A stretch of DNA of 64,000 nt from Eledone cirrhosa (taxonomy: Eukaryota). The notes beneath the pieces were generated by a model. The model was not told the origin of the DNA. It made no database searches and saw only the letters and a list, made by a program, of their open reading frames with translations. A program made the position numbers and the translations under genes. Below are positions 48,581-60,997 of this stretch, piece by piece (within the stretch, counting starts at the first letter, position 1; every line of letters begins with the position of its first letter). The stretch lies in the NCBI GenBank assembly GCA_964016885.1, contig OZ024741.1, positions 16,430,001-16,494,000 on the forward strand. Reading direction: 5' to 3'.

Positions 48581-50580
48581 ATCATCATCATCATCATCAT
48601 CAACGTTTAACGTCCATGTTCCACGCTTGCATGGGTTTGGACGGGGGTAGTCCCACTTGAGGCAAGAGTGATTGTCTTGCTCGCATAGGACTGTCTGGCA
48701 CAGGTTTTCTACAGTTGGATGCCCTTCCTAACACCAACCACATTTACAGTGTGGGTCTGGGAGGTTTTTACCGTGTTGCCTACACGGCCACATTACAGCG
48801 TGGACTGTGTGTTTTTTTGTCGTGACACCTACGCGGTCTCATTTGTTTCGGCCTGGATGGCGCGGCACCAACATAACTTTACATAGAACGGGGTGGTGTG
48901 GATGGGTGGGGGTGGTGGCGGGACGGGGTGTATTTTGTTAGAGATGCCTACTGGCAAGGCGGGTCTTCTCTGTTACTGAGTACCGCCAAAGGTCTCGATC
49001 CAGTGACATTGTCTTGGAGAGGTGTAAGTGTGTGAGGTCGGAGTTTATCAGCTCGTCCCAGGTTTTTCTAGGTCTGCCTATTCCGTGGCTACTGTCTATC
49101 TTTATTGCCCTGCACTTTGTTATACAGCTATCGACTTTCATGCGCATCACGTGTCCATACCAACGTAGCCTTCTCTCGAGTAAACAACATCTGATCCCTC
49201 TTATCTCTAATTTTTTCCTTAGTTCGTTTATGCTTTGCCGTTCACGTATATTACTGTTACACATCCAGCGGAGCATGCAAGCTTCGTTCCTCTCTAGTCT
49301 GCGTATATCCTCTGCACACAATGCCCAGGTCTCACTGCCATGCAACATTGCTGTTCGTATGCAGGCATCGTACAACCTGCCTTTCATTTTTAGGGAGAAC
49401 CCTTTAGCAGTTAATAGTGGTATAAGCTCTCTGAACTTTTTCCAACCAGTTCTGACTCTAGCTACAGTACTTTCAGAGCACCCTCCCCCACTGCTGATTT
49501 TATCGCCCAGGTAACGGAAGCTGTCCACTATTTCTATAGAACCCTCTGCGCAATTGAAAGAGCTAGTATTTTGTGGGCACTTGCTGCTACTTATTGCACC
49601 AGAACACCAGCCACATGTAAAATCTATGTTCTTAGTTAGCTTACCTGTGATCCCACTACATCTTTTATGCACCCATACTTTGCATTTAGGACATAAAATG
49701 GAGTTTCTACCTACACCTTTCCTACACACCGAGCACGACCATTTCCCAGAAGGGACCGCCGCCTTGTTTTCTTTCCTACAAACTAGAACTTTGGTCTTAG
49801 CCAGGTTAATTTTAAGTCCTTTTGACTCTAGGCCGTGCTTCCATGTTTGGAATTTCTTCTCTAGCTCGGCCATTGATTCCGCTATGAGTGTCAGGTCGTC
49901 TGCGTATAGGAGTTCCCATGGGCAGCCCGTCTTGAACTCCTCTGTTATAGCCTGAAGGGCAATAATAAATAGTAGGGGGCTGAGAACAGAGCCCTGATGG
50001 ACGCCAACTTTTACGCTAAACTCTTCACTATATTCGTTGTTAATTCTAACCTTGCTGACTGTTTCTTTATACATGGCTTGTATAGCCCTCACAAGCCATT
50101 CGTCAACGCCTAGTTTTCTAAGAGCCCACCAGATAATGGAGCGGGGGACTCTGTCGAAGGCTTTCTCCAAGTCGACAAAAGCTAAGTAGTTGTCGTACTA
50201 TGAAAAGAGCGTCTGTGGTACTTTTGCCTGACACAAACCCGAACTGCATTTCATCTAGATCAATTCTCTCTCTGATTAGTTGCGCTATTACTTTTTCCGT
50301 GACCTTCATGACCTGGTCGATTAATTTAATGCCTCTATAGTTACTCCTATCTAGGGCGTCTCCTTTACCCTTATAACAGTTAACGATGATGCTGCTATGG
50401 CAGTCCTTCCCTATGCGAGTGACCATGGTGTGTCCCACCATGCCAGATGCCTTCAGCATCTCAGCAACTATTTCCGAAGGCCCAGCCGCCTTACCTGTTT
50501 TCATATCCTTGATTGCCTTACTTATTATACTCCCCTCGACTAACACTGCTGGTCCCTCTATTGGGTCGATATGGGGGAGA
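48581..50580 (-). mobile_element. RTE-clade LINE, 5'-truncated, with (ATG)n tail
   Basis: RT motifs NYRGI, QFGF..GKST, DLEKAFDRVPR, GVHQGSVLSPLLF, YADD, FRYLG, RLRWYGHV, GRPRKTW. Frameshift near 50170-50190 and (CAT)n at 48581-48602. Confidence 0.93.
48938..50170 (-). CDS. RTE reverse transcriptase, C-terminal 410 aa, with internal PHD-like finger
   Basis: Uninterrupted ORF with YADD and CSVC..CPKC..WVHKRC..CGWC. Confidence 0.88.
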   Translation of the reverse strand: MEKAFDRVPRSIIWWALRKLGVDEWLVRAIQAMYKETVSKVRINNEYSEEFSVKVGVHQGSVLSPLLFIIALQAITEEFKTGCPWELLYADDLTLIAESMAELEKKFQTWKHGLESKGLKINLAKTKVLVCRKENKAAVPSGKWSCSVCRKGVGRNSILCPKCKVWVHKRCSGITGKLTKNIDFTCGWCSGAISSSKCPQNTSSFNCAEGSIEIVDSFRYLGDKISSGGGCSESTVARVRTGWKKFRELIPLLTAKGFSLKMKGRLYDACIRTAMLHGSETWALCAEDIRRLERNEACMLRWMCNSNIRERQSINELRKKLEIRGIRCCLLERRLRWYGHVMRMKVDSCITKCRAIKIDSSHGIGRPRKTWDELINSDLTHLHLSKTMSLDRDLWRYSVTEKTRLASRHL

Positions 50581-50605
50581 CTGTATATATATATATATAT
50601 ATATA

Positions 50606-51485
50606 TCATCATCATCATTATCATTTTACGTCCACTTTTCCCTGCTTGCAAGGGTGGGATGGGTCCTATTCAACACAGCATCTCTCCACATGTCACAGTC
50701 CTTTGTCATCTCCTCTGTGAGCTTCAGCGATCTGAGGTCTGCTCTCACCACCTCTGCCCATGTTTTCCATGGTCTTCCTCTACTGCGTCTTCCTTCTACT
50801 GGGATTTCTTGGCACTTCTTTACCCAGTGGTCATCCTCCATGCACATAAGATGTCCATACCATCGCAGTCTTCTCTCCCGCACACTACAACTTATCCCTC
50901 TTATACACCGTTTCTCTCAACTCATCTATGCTTGGTCATTCACATACATAGACATTGCACATCCAAGGGAGCATGCTTGCTTCATTTCTCTGCAGCCGTT
51001 GCATATCCTCTGCAGTTGCTGCCCATGTCTCACTACCATGCAGCATCGCGCATCTAACACAGGCATCATATAACCAACATTTTGTACGCAGGGAGAAACC
51101 CTTCTTTGTCAACAGAAGAAGCAGCTCCCTAAACTTCTTCCAACCCATCCTTATTCTAGATACTATGGCCTCGGACCCCCCTCCCATGCTAATCTGATCA
51201 CCTAGGTACCGGAAGCTATCAACCACTTCTATAGACCCTACCTGCATTTGAAAAATGTGTCTATCACTGACTTCTACTGTCAAATTCCCCTGTACATCTA
51301 CTGCATATGTAGTTTTCCCTACCTGTTAGTTTGCCTGCTATCCCACTACATCTCTTGTGTACCCAAGATCTGCATTGTGTACATTTTATAGAATTTATGC
51401 CAGTTCCTTTTCTACATATTGAACATGGCCATTTCCCTGATGGAATCAGAGTTTTGTCCTCTTTTCTACTCATCAACACTTTCCT
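50606..51485 (-). mobile_element. Second, diverged and frameshifted RTE 3' fragment
   Basis: WPCSICRKG..WVHKRCSG, FRYLGDQI, RLRWYGHL, GRPWKTW, with its own (CAT)n tail at 50606-50623. Confidence 0.9.
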
Positions 51486-51489
51486 CTTA

Positions 51490-51800
51490 GGTGTGTTGCT
51501 TTGTGGTTAGGGTATTTGGTTTACGATTGAGAGTTCGATTCCTGGCAGTACATTGTGTCCTTGAGCAAGACATTTTATTTCATGTTGCTTCCGTCTATTC
51601 AGCTGGCAAAAAGGAGTTGTACCTGTAGTTCGAAAGGCCAGCGTTGTCACATTCTATGTCAATCCGAATCTCCCTGAGAACTATGTTAAGTGTACACATG
51701 TCTCTGGAATGCTCAGCCCCTTGCACATTAATTTCATGAGCAGGCTGTTCCATTGATCAGATCATCTGGAACACTCATCGTAGTAACCGACAGAGTACCT
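51490..51800 (+). mobile_element. SINE family B
   Basis: GTGGTTAGG..GAGTTCGATTCC..GTGTCCTTGAGCAAGACA..CTCCCTGAGAACTA..GCAGGCTGTTCCATTGATCAGATC. Homologous to 22033-22324. A degenerate relative lies at ~51900-52170. Confidence 0.85.
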
Positions 51801-52534
51801 TTAAAAGTTATTGTTATATATATTTACCAACATCAACCATATACATCTAGTACTACATTACTCATGTCTTTTCTTATTTACTGTGGGTACAGAATAACTA
51901 AGGAGTTCACTTTATAAACATTAGGTCCAGGGTTTGATCATAATCCTTTATCACAGCGTCAGGTCGAATTAAGTCTTGTGAGCAAAATTTGGTAGAAGGA
52001 AGCTGTTTCAAAGCCCATCAGATGTAATACAAAGGGCCAACCTTAACACACAATATGTCATGCTAAATTATATTAAGGGTACAGTGTCAGGAGAACACTC
52101 AACTAATTAGGTGTTAATTTCATGAGCAAGATGTTCCATTGATAGAACAAATGGAACATTCATCTTCAAAACTGAAGAAGATTCATTGTTTATTTGTGAC
52201 AATTGTGATTTCACTGTAAGATTTAGCTTCAATTTCTAACTGGTCACAGTATAGTGGGAATGAAAGTATCTGTAACAAGTATTTATGAAATGAAGTAATT
52301 AACTCTATTGAATTTATATGAATGGATGATGCACCTGAATGAGGTAGTCAAATGTTCTTCATTTCAGGGTCAGAATAATATTTCACAATTTGATCACTAT
52401 TATAGCACCAAACAACAGAATAACAAGTAAATACATATGTAAATATATCTTTCCAGAATTTTGATAATTTTTAATCCATAGGAATTTTTAAACTGTCTTT
52501 CTTGCTTTTTTTTTTATATACAGGTCTCATTTTA

Positions 52535-52692
52535 ATTTATTTACATACAGCCATCCTTTCATACATAGGAAGAAACTGTTGTCAGCTGAAGGTGTAGCTC
52601 TCTAAACTTCTTCCATGCTATCCTTAGTCTAGCTATTATGCTCTCAGAGCAACCTCCCCTGCTGATAATTAGGTCACCAAGGTAACCCCAAG
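52535..52692 (-). mobile_element. Small RTE RT fragment
   Basis: YLGDLIISRGGCSESIIARLRIAWKKFREL on the minus strand. Confidence 0.7.
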
Positions 52693-52767
52693 TAGTTTAA
52701 AACAAAGTCTTACTACATCAATGTAGAAAAATAACATGGGAGTAGATATTGTCAGAGAGTTTATGAT

Positions 52768-53448
52768 AGAGGTTTCCAAACTCTGTGTCACAATACTTTA
52801 GTATATCACCAATAATCTATAGATGTGTCACAAAATCAACTCAAATCTAATTAATCTTTAGTTGTGAAGAATATTTGAAAACTGACAAGGTTGTTTATGA
52901 TTAGATATGTGATTGGTTACATGTGGTATGATAATTTACTTTAGTTAATAACTTCATGTTTAGTAAAATGGATGGGTTTTTTAAGGAAAGAAATTCTGTT
53001 GAAGATAATTGTGAAAAATCAACAGAATGTAGTGTTAACATGAAATTACTTTAGAATCCAATGTTAAAGGTTTTATATTAATAGGTAAGAAATGCATGAA
53101 CATTTTTCTAAACCTCCTTTATACAATGACAATTAAATGAAACTGTGTTTTACATTTTCTGATGAAAGAAATCTTTGTCCTCAATGTTTGGTCTGTGGAA
53201 ATATACTTGAAAAAGAAATTATGGTGCTGAATAAATTAAAGGGCCATTTTGCTTCCAAACATTATCATTTGTTAGAAAAGCCATTCAAACAATTCAAGGT
53301 GATTTTGAAATCTATTTAGAGGCAATCTGCAGTATTTCCCAAGAATTGAAAACATCAGATAAAGTTCAAGAAATATGTTACTTAGTTGTTCAAATAGTAA
53401 CCAAAAATAAGGGGCCATGTATTATTGCTGAAACCATTATAAAATATT
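52768..53448 (+). mobile_element. hAT Charlie/Buster-like transposon, decayed 5' part
   Basis: Terminus-like AGAGGTTTCCAAACT. Reads PQCLVCGNIL..MVLNKLKGHFASKH and YLVVQIVTKNKGPCIIAETIIK. Confidence 0.7.
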
Positions 53449-53449
53449 T

Positions 53450-53760
53450 CAATCGGTGTCTCCATTGAATTGGTGTGCCCTGAGTGTGGAAAAATTTGCT
53501 TGAGCAAATCTGGTCCCAGGATCCACAGTCGCAGCCATGTTCAAAGAGAACCAGTGAACTATGATCTCCATGGTATTGTGAAGGTTCACAGGCAACCTGA
53601 TGCAAAACCTGAGGCCAGGGAGATCCATAGTTGTCGTCATTGTGCAAAGGTCTACAAGTATCTAGCAGGCTTGAAAATCCATATCCGAGCATCACATATC
53701 TGAATCTGACAAGTGATTGCAATACTCTTAGCAAAGTTTGCAGCCATCATGTATGTATGT
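53450..53760 (+). mobile_element. LINE 3' end with two C2H2 fingers (RTE-like C-terminus)
   Basis: CPECGKICLSKSGPRIHSRSH and CRHCAKVYKYLAGLKIHIRASH*, then a short UTR and (ATGT)n tail. It interrupts the hAT element. Confidence 0.55.
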
Positions 53761-54239
53761 GTGGGGTCATGCAAGTACTCGGTTAGGTGCTCGAGGACAC
53801 AGCTCACCATGAGTGAGAGACCCTTAGCTCTTGGACATCATTTTAGGAGAAGGAAAACTCTGATGTAAAACCTGCGACTCGATGACAACCAATGATGTTG
53901 ACCTGTTCTTCTTATTGGATACCTATCACTGTTGTTCAGAGGGTGGGATTGGTCCAGTGCACAGCCTTTCTTTACTTAAAAAAGCTTCAAGCAGTCATCA
54001 CTTGATCTGAATGAATTTCACATGTGTTGCATGAGCATGCAACATATACAGAAAGAGATATAAGTCCTTAGCAAGACTAAAAGCAAGAGATGGCAATTCT
54101 CGAAACTGAGATGCATGTATGTATGTTTCTCTTTCTCTTAATTTCGAGTATATTTTTGACTGGCCACATTCCTGGTAGCAAGGTTGTAAAAGAAAAGAAA
54201 TTATCATCCCTTGAATCACAAGAATGTTTTGCAAATTGT

Positions 54240-57200
54240 AATGGTGTCAGCTATTGCGGCCATTTGTAGTCTATGAATTAGGGAGCTTCACTCTTTCTCC
54301 ACAAATCCAAGTTCAGTCATACTTTGGTCCAAGTGGATTGGTATATAACCTGTTGGTATATAATGGGTATAAAGCTGAAGGTGTATCTTGGATACTGGAT
54401 CTTCAAACTCCTTATCAATGGTCTGTAGATGTCTTCCTTCTCCTGTATTTTTCTTACAACTTTGACATCAAATGGGCAGCTGATCTCTACAACAGAGCAT
54501 GTTTTCAATGAGTGATCCCAAATAACAATATCAGGCCGGTTGTGCTTAAATTTGGTGGCAGTTTTTATTTTCAGGTTTGACCAGTATTCCTTAGTATTAT
54601 CTATCTCAACATATTCCTCCTCATTTGTTTTTAATTTTGTTTTCCTAAGTGTGTTCCAGATGGTTTTAGCTATCACATCATGTCTCATAGGGATCTAGTA
54701 GTGAGGCGACATTCTTTCACAGTTGGCCACAATGTGGCTAACATCTTCAATCTTTGTTTTACATAGCCTACATTTATTGTCGAGTGATGGCCTTCCACTT
54801 TTGTTTAGCAGATATTTGGTAGGGATTTATTGTTACTGACTCTATGGTCTGTGTTTTTCGTCTCAGGTACCCATGCACAACTTTCTCTGTAATTTGGTCC
54901 ATTTTTTTTATCTTGTTCGGACATTGAATAAGATCTTCCAATGTTCCTGGGAGAGAGATTTATATCAGGCTTTATTCCATATCGCTCCTCCAGATCAGTG
55001 GCTATCCTAATGATATTATTTCCTTCATGGGCAAGATGGTTACTGACCTTTTTCTTCTGTTGAAGATGTTGCTTCAATGTTACTATCCAGGTCTCATATG
55101 ATGTTAATATGGATTTTAGACCCTGGCCACCTTCCTTGCGTGAGAAGTATAGCCTATCCACATCACCATTGATGTTAAAGTTTCCAGCAACACTGAGAAG
55201 CTTGCGAGTTCTTACATCCACCTCACTTAGTTCTTGCAATGACCAGTTCAGCAGACCAAATGTTGGTGTTAGGATTGGCACAGCATAAGTATTGTGGGCA
55301 ATGTATTTGTTGTACGCTGATAGTTCTGATGATTATATTTTCTTTACTCTCCTGAGGTATTCAGTTCCGGTCCTCTCCTTATTTATGGGTCCATCATATC
55401 TGACATTCTCATCTTGTCCAAGATATCTGTAGTTGTCACCTGACTGTAGAGGTTGTATTGTCAAGCTGTTCATCTCTAGATTTCCAAAAGAGGGGAACAA
55501 TCCTTCCATGTTTTACTGTTAAATATGCACATTTGGACTCACCAAATTTCATTCTGATGTCTGCAGAAAATTGTGTAATGAGGTCCAATTATTTTTTAAT
55601 ATAGTTGATATTTGGCCCATACAACTTCAGGTCATCAACAAAGAAAAGATGGGAGATACTTCTGGACCCACTTCTATGACCACTTTGTTTTGTGAACAGG
55701 TATGATAGTGGGTTAAGTGAGAGGACGAAGAGCAGCACTGATAGGCTATCACCATGAAAGATGCCTTTCTGGTAGTGTATTGTATCAGTCTCAATTTGCT
55801 CCTTCTCACCCCTGAGGAGTTAATTGGTGTATCAGTTCTTGGTCAGGCATTCAACAGCAGCTACTAGTGGTTGTGGGACTTTGGTTAACTGTAAAGCCTT
55901 AATAATCCAGCCATGAGGTACACTATCAAAAGCCTTCTAATAGTCCAGCCATACCACAGTCATTTTCCTGTGATTCTTTGCTGTTATTTCCTGTATCATT
56001 TTATTTGTTAGTAGGTGATCTATGCAGCCCCACACTTCCTTCTTTCCACCAGCTTGCTCAGGTGTTATAATGTTGTTGGTGGAAAGAACAGATTAAGGCA
56101 CCCAGTGTATAATTTGTACATGATGTTCTGGCAGGCTATTGGGTGGTGTGGCTATTTTGGGGGGATGAGGAGAGTAGTGGCAGTTCTTGTGTGCCTTTGA
56201 TGCTTTTTCTAAACAGCCGTCTGAGATCTTGCCGATTAGAAGGTAAAATTCTTCAGCCAGTATCCTGTTATTGGTCTGGGCCAGGTGATTTCCTATTCAA
56301 CATTTTCTGTAGGGCTGTTTCCAGTTTTGACCCATCTATGTCATATTGTTTTGTCAGGACATGCTGGCATTATTCCTGTTCCAGTTCTTTTAGCCATTTA
56401 GTTTGTTTGTTAATTCCGTCAATTGTTTCTAAGAAAGATCTCCAGTCAACCTGTTCTTTTGTCATTTACAGAGATTGAGCTTTTCCCATTGAAGCTGTGA
56501 TAAATTGATCTCTAGCAAATAATCTATTTAGCACTTGTCGTTTATGTGCTGTTGACTAATATTTTAGTCTTTCTGCTGCAGCTGTGAGTTGTTGTTTCAG
56601 CTGGTTTAGTTCGAAGTTTAGAGTTTTAAATCTTGTATCGCCAAATCTCTAGTTTCTTTCTTAAGTCTTCCTGATGTCATGTGAAGTTGTTCTCTATGTT
56701 GCACTTTATAACTACAGTAATATGTGAGATATTTAGTCTAGGGACAACATTTTATTTTTTAAATTACGCATCCACGCTGGTTCAGTTTATATCTTGGTTG
56801 CATGATTTTAGGTGTTTACAATAGGATAGCAATGTGATAGCAGAAACATATATCAAAATCTTAATAATTCCACATGTTGTTTACACACCTTTGGACCGTG
56901 TGGCCTTCAGATTATTGTCAGCTATTTCGTTCACTGCTTCCATTCCGATTTTTTTTTACTGATTCCGGTGTTGTATGGTCCGTTACTCACATTAAGGCTG
57001 TGTATCTCTTTAGACATATCATCCTATATCACTTGTAAGGTGCTCACAAGTTTTTGGTGTACTTTTTGTACAATAGAATTATGGATTTCAGTTACATTGT
57101 TGATGTGCTGTTTACTGCTAGATTTAGCTGACCATTCTCTCTGTCCATCAGTGGAAGTGGGATGATTGTCTTCAATGGCTGTCTTTATAGTATCACTCAG

Positions 57201-57470
57201 TTCCATTAGATGTATCAATTTACATCTAATGATACGTTTTGCCTGATCATTTAAATGTGTTGGAGGAAAGGCTAATTCTGGGTGTTTGGAGTTCCACAAA
57301 GTTTTTAGCCTCTGCATAAAACTGAACTTTGGGGAGCCACATTGTTTATATGCTTTATATACATCTTTGTTGAGATCGTAGTTCCATTGTATACAATGGT
57401 TGCAGTTGCGATTTGGTCGAAGGAAAGTTATACGTTTAGCCATGATGAGTTCGTCGTTCACTAATATTTG
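54240..57470 (-). mobile_element. Decayed near-full-length R4/Dong-type RLE non-LTR retrotransposon
   Basis: PIACQNIMYKLYTG, WLDY*KAFDSVPHGWI, SHLFFVDDLK, YRYLG, RLYFSRKEGGQGL, CRLC..HIVANC, RHD, RPDIVIWD, EISCP. Many stops and frameshifts. Confidence 0.85.
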
Positions 57471-57931
57471 AATTTATTTTTCAAAATTGACGATGATCTT
57501 AAGAAATTTCGACAAAATTTTGTCAGAATTAAATTTAAAGTTGTTCACAGCTTGGGTAATATTTCCTTTCAGGTAGTTTTTAATTCTACAAGTGTATTTT
57601 AAACGTTCATATTTAGCATTTTCTTTTTGTTTGTGTTAGGGGAATTATTTTGTAACGTTACTTAATATATTTCTTTACGAATGTAATATAACAACGCAGT
57701 ATTTATATGTTAACATCTACGTAACATTTATATATTAAAATCTATGTATCGCTCATATAAATAAATGTGTTCAAACACTTATGTTGAAACATTTGTATGT
57801 AATCTGACCGCAATATCTAGCTCAACTTTTCCAATATATGGTATGATGCCTTCATATAAACTGTAATTACATATGTCGGATCATCGGACTGACCACAACG
57901 GTCGGCATTAACGTTTTAGGTATTACGTATG

Positions 57932-58445
57932 CAGCGCTAGTGCTAAACTATCTGGCACCCTAGGAAAGGTTAGATTGTGACCCCTCCCTCAAGTAAAATA
58001 TCAATTTCAAAATTTATAAACAAACTTAAAATAAATTTTCTTCAATATTTGAGCAAAGACCAATGGTAATTTTAAAAGAAAATTATCCCTATGTGTTCAA
58101 ATTTAAGACAAGAATAAACAATTATAAAGTTAGACATTAGAAATGAATTAACAGCATAATGGACCTGAAACCAAATTTGGTCGAGGGATTAATGCAGACA
58201 GAAAGACAATTCAAAATTTCATTTTGTATGCCTTTTTCTTGACAAAGTTTTTAACCAATTCAGCTAAACCAAGTGATGAAGCTTGGGCATGTTCAATTGA
58301 TATAGTTGCCAAGTCAACAAAACTCTCATTGTAGAGTGAATGTAAAATTTTATAAGCTTCAGCTTTGAGAAACTACTCTCACCATTTTCCATCGATACTG
58401 GAAGTGTGAAAAGGATGCTCAATGCAATAGCATCATTTGAGTGAT
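57932..58445 (-). mobile_element. hAT transposase C-terminal (dimerization) remnant with terminal sequence
   Basis: IALSILFTLPVSMENGESSFSKLKLIK..HSTM at ~58320-58435. TIR-like CAGCGCTAGTGCTA..GGCACCCTAGG at 57932. Confidence 0.7.
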
Positions 58446-58871
58446 ATAAAAAATTTTCCCAATTTTAGAATTATTCCAGTTTATCATTTTTCCAAACTTA
58501 CAAGGAAAAAATACGTATATACGTATAGACACATTCGCATATTTAGAGGTAATATCACGTGAGCACAATCACGTGACAAATCACATTATTCTTTCAAAAG
58601 GAAAAGTTCAGCACCATGTTTCTCCTGAATATTGCAAGTCTCAACAAACGCAAGAAGAAACAGAAGAAAACAGTAAAAGCAAAAGATAAGAAAATGGTAA
58701 ATAATATCAAATAATTATTAAAAAGTGTTGACATTAAAAACGTTCAGTCTGAGGGATGAGTTATGTATATGTTGCAGGAGTCGCATTACACGGATAATTA
58801 AGTTTCATACATACATATATATATGTGTGTATGTATGTATGTATGTATGTATATATATATATATATATATG

Positions 58872-58907
<36 letters not shown>

Positions 58908-59161
58908 TTAGTTTTGCGAGGTTTTTTTATATGAAATCGTGTGTCGAAACAAATATTGTTATACTTGGGGAGGGTCATATTTGTGTAATATTGCCAGAAT
59001 TAATAACAGAACACACTCACTGTTTGGTTGGTTTTCGCTTCTCGCTTCTGTGTCTTTTATATCGGTAATCTAACTTACTCGGTCCTCAATGTTGCCATTG
59101 ACTGACTGACGGTCAAAAATAATACAGATACAATATAGACACAAACACATATATATAATTT

Positions 59162-59203
59162 ATCATAAATCTTTCGTTGCACATCTGCAACATCGTCAGT
59201 GGT
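59162..59203 (-). ncRNA. Minimal hammerhead ribozyme, slightly degenerate
   Basis: ACCA-CTGACGA-T-GTTGCA gatg TGCAAC-GAA-AGATTT-A-TGAT, with a 6 bp stem II and one mismatch in stem I. Confidence 0.65.
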
Positions 59204-59437
59204 GCTATATTTTCCTCCCGCTGCATTGTATGTCTACGCCATTTTATTCAGTCTGTCTATATATTTATTTATTTATTTGCTTGTTTGTTTATTTTATTTT
59301 GTCTTCTTTGCGCATGCGTTTGCGTGTGTGTATAGTGTTTTGTTTGCTGTGTGATGGGTGACTAGTGTGTGTTTATGTGCTTGTTGTTATTGTGCTTGTG
59401 TATGTATTTATTTATTTATTTTATTTTATTTACTTAT

Positions 59438-60997
59438 TTATACTTCTCTTAGGTCAGTGTTGTTTGTTTGGGTGTTGTTGTTATTCCATTCATTCTTTCT
59501 GTTTAGCCTTGGTCTTCTAATTTCTATTTCACTGGCCTCTCTGATTTGCCTATCTGCTGGGTCATTTCTATGTTTAGATATTATTCTAATTTCTATGTTG
59601 TCTATGTTACCGTCGTGTTGTTGTCTGGCATGTTCGTATAGTACTGAACCGTTTTTTCGTCCTTTTAGTTCCCCCCAGTGTTGGTCTGTCCTTTCACCTA
59701 TGCTACGAGATGTCTCGCCTATGTATGTTGTTATGTTTCTGCAAGTACCCTCTGTACATCTTATGCTATAGACTACGTTTCTAGTTTTACAGTTTATCCG
59801 GGGGTTCACCTTACATATGATACATTTCCTATTGGTACAGTGGGTTTTCTTAAAAGGGTAGGTTTTGCTGATCAGGGATTTTATGGTGGTTCCTGGCTTT
59901 TCTACCACCTTTATTTTTAAGTGGGTCTTTCTCAGGGCCTTTCTACACTGGTTAGCTAATTTCCCTCCAGGGGTGGCGTCCACACACATGACACTCTGGT
60001 ATCTCTGGTTGTCGTACCATGAGGTGGCTTTCCCTATCTTATGTCTAGCCCTATCTAAGCTATTCCATGATTTGCTCCTGTATAATGGGCAAATTCCTTT
60101 CATGTCCAGTTCTATGAGGGTCTTATACTTCTCCATGGCTCCTTCGTATACTCTGATTCTGTCTCTTTGGTTGTAGCCAGAGAACTGCATGCGGTTGATG
60201 AAGTGTTGGATGCGTCTTTCCATTTCTGTTGGGTCGCACATGCGGGACACATTCTTCATCACTCGTACCAAATCTGCGATCAGAATATTAAACTTAGCAC
60301 TACTGGACATTGCTGAGTTTTTGAATATCAGGTATTTGGAGGCCATGGGTTTAGCATAGTGTGAGTGGAGAATTTGGGCTCTCTCGTCTATAGTGTTAAT
60401 CCAGAGTTCTGTGTCTAATACAGGTAGTCTATTGTTAGGGTGTTTGGAAGGGAAGTCGATAGTTACAGTTATACTCTGGTGTATGGAATTAGCTATCTGC
60501 TGGATGCTTTCCATCGTGCTACGTTCTAAATCAAACTTGTTAGTGCTCTCTAGTGGGGGTGTTCTTATAACTATATTGATATCGTCTACATAACGAGAGT
60601 ACATGATGAGGTCTATGGAGCTCTCATTAAGGAGATCTTTAAGTCTCCTTTCCCACCATACCATGAAAAGGTTGGCAACATCACCAGCTATGCTGACGCC
60701 GATGGCTGCTCCCTCATTTTGGGTGTAGATCTTCTCGTTGAACTTAAATATGTGGCCCTTTAGGGTAGTTTTGATACTAGCCCCTATTGCATGTGCGACC
60801 ATTTTTCTTACCTGATCATTGTTTGGGGGGGTCCGTATAGCTTTGGTCCACCCAATCCACCTTCCCATGGGAGTCTTTTTTGCCATTGAGGTTATGGTGG
60901 GGGGTCTACCTCTTATAGGTCTACTAGGGCAGAAACGTCTAAGGTCATGGCTGTCTAGGTAGTCAGTGTCGTAGGTAAGTCTAAGTAGGAGGCCCAT
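59438..60997 (-). CDS. PLE RT plus GIY-YIG endonuclease (519 aa open segment)
   Basis: RYVDD catalytic motif, CxxxxCxxC zinc motif and YIGETSR. Confidence 0.88.
   Translation of the reverse strand: MGLLLRLTYDTDYLDSHDLRRFCPSRPIRGRPPTITSMAKKTPMGRWIGWTKAIRTPPNNDQVRKMVAHAIGASIKTTLKGHIFKFNEKIYTQNEGAAIGVSIAGDVANLFMVWWERRLKDLLNESSIDLIMYSRYVDDINIVIRTPPLESTNKFDLERSTMESIQQIANSIHQSITVTIDFPSKHPNNRLPVLDTELWINTIDERAQILHSHYAKPMASKYLIFKNSAMSSSAKFNILIADLVRVMKNVSRMCDPTEMERRIQHFINRMQFSGYNQRDRIRVYEGAMEKYKTLIELDMKGICPLYRSKSWNSLDRARHKIGKATSWYDNQRYQSVMCVDATPGGKLANQCRKALRKTHLKIKVVEKPGTTIKSLISKTYPFKKTHCTNRKCIICKVNPRINCKTRNVVYSIRCTEGTCRNITTYIGETSRSIGERTDQHWGELKGRKNGSVLYEHARQQHDGNIDNIEIRIISKHRNDPADRQIREASEIEIRRPRLNRKNEWNNNNTQTNNTDLREV

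Noticed and set aside
49014-51197. Plus-strand ORFs overlapping the RTE elements (similarly 59358-61697 over the PLE)
   Set aside because: They are antisense shadows of retroelement ORFs.
53470-53703. Host C2H2 zinc-finger gene
   Set aside because: There is no TGEKP linker, it interrupts a hAT remnant, and it ends in a simple-repeat tail, so it is better explained as a LINE C-terminus.
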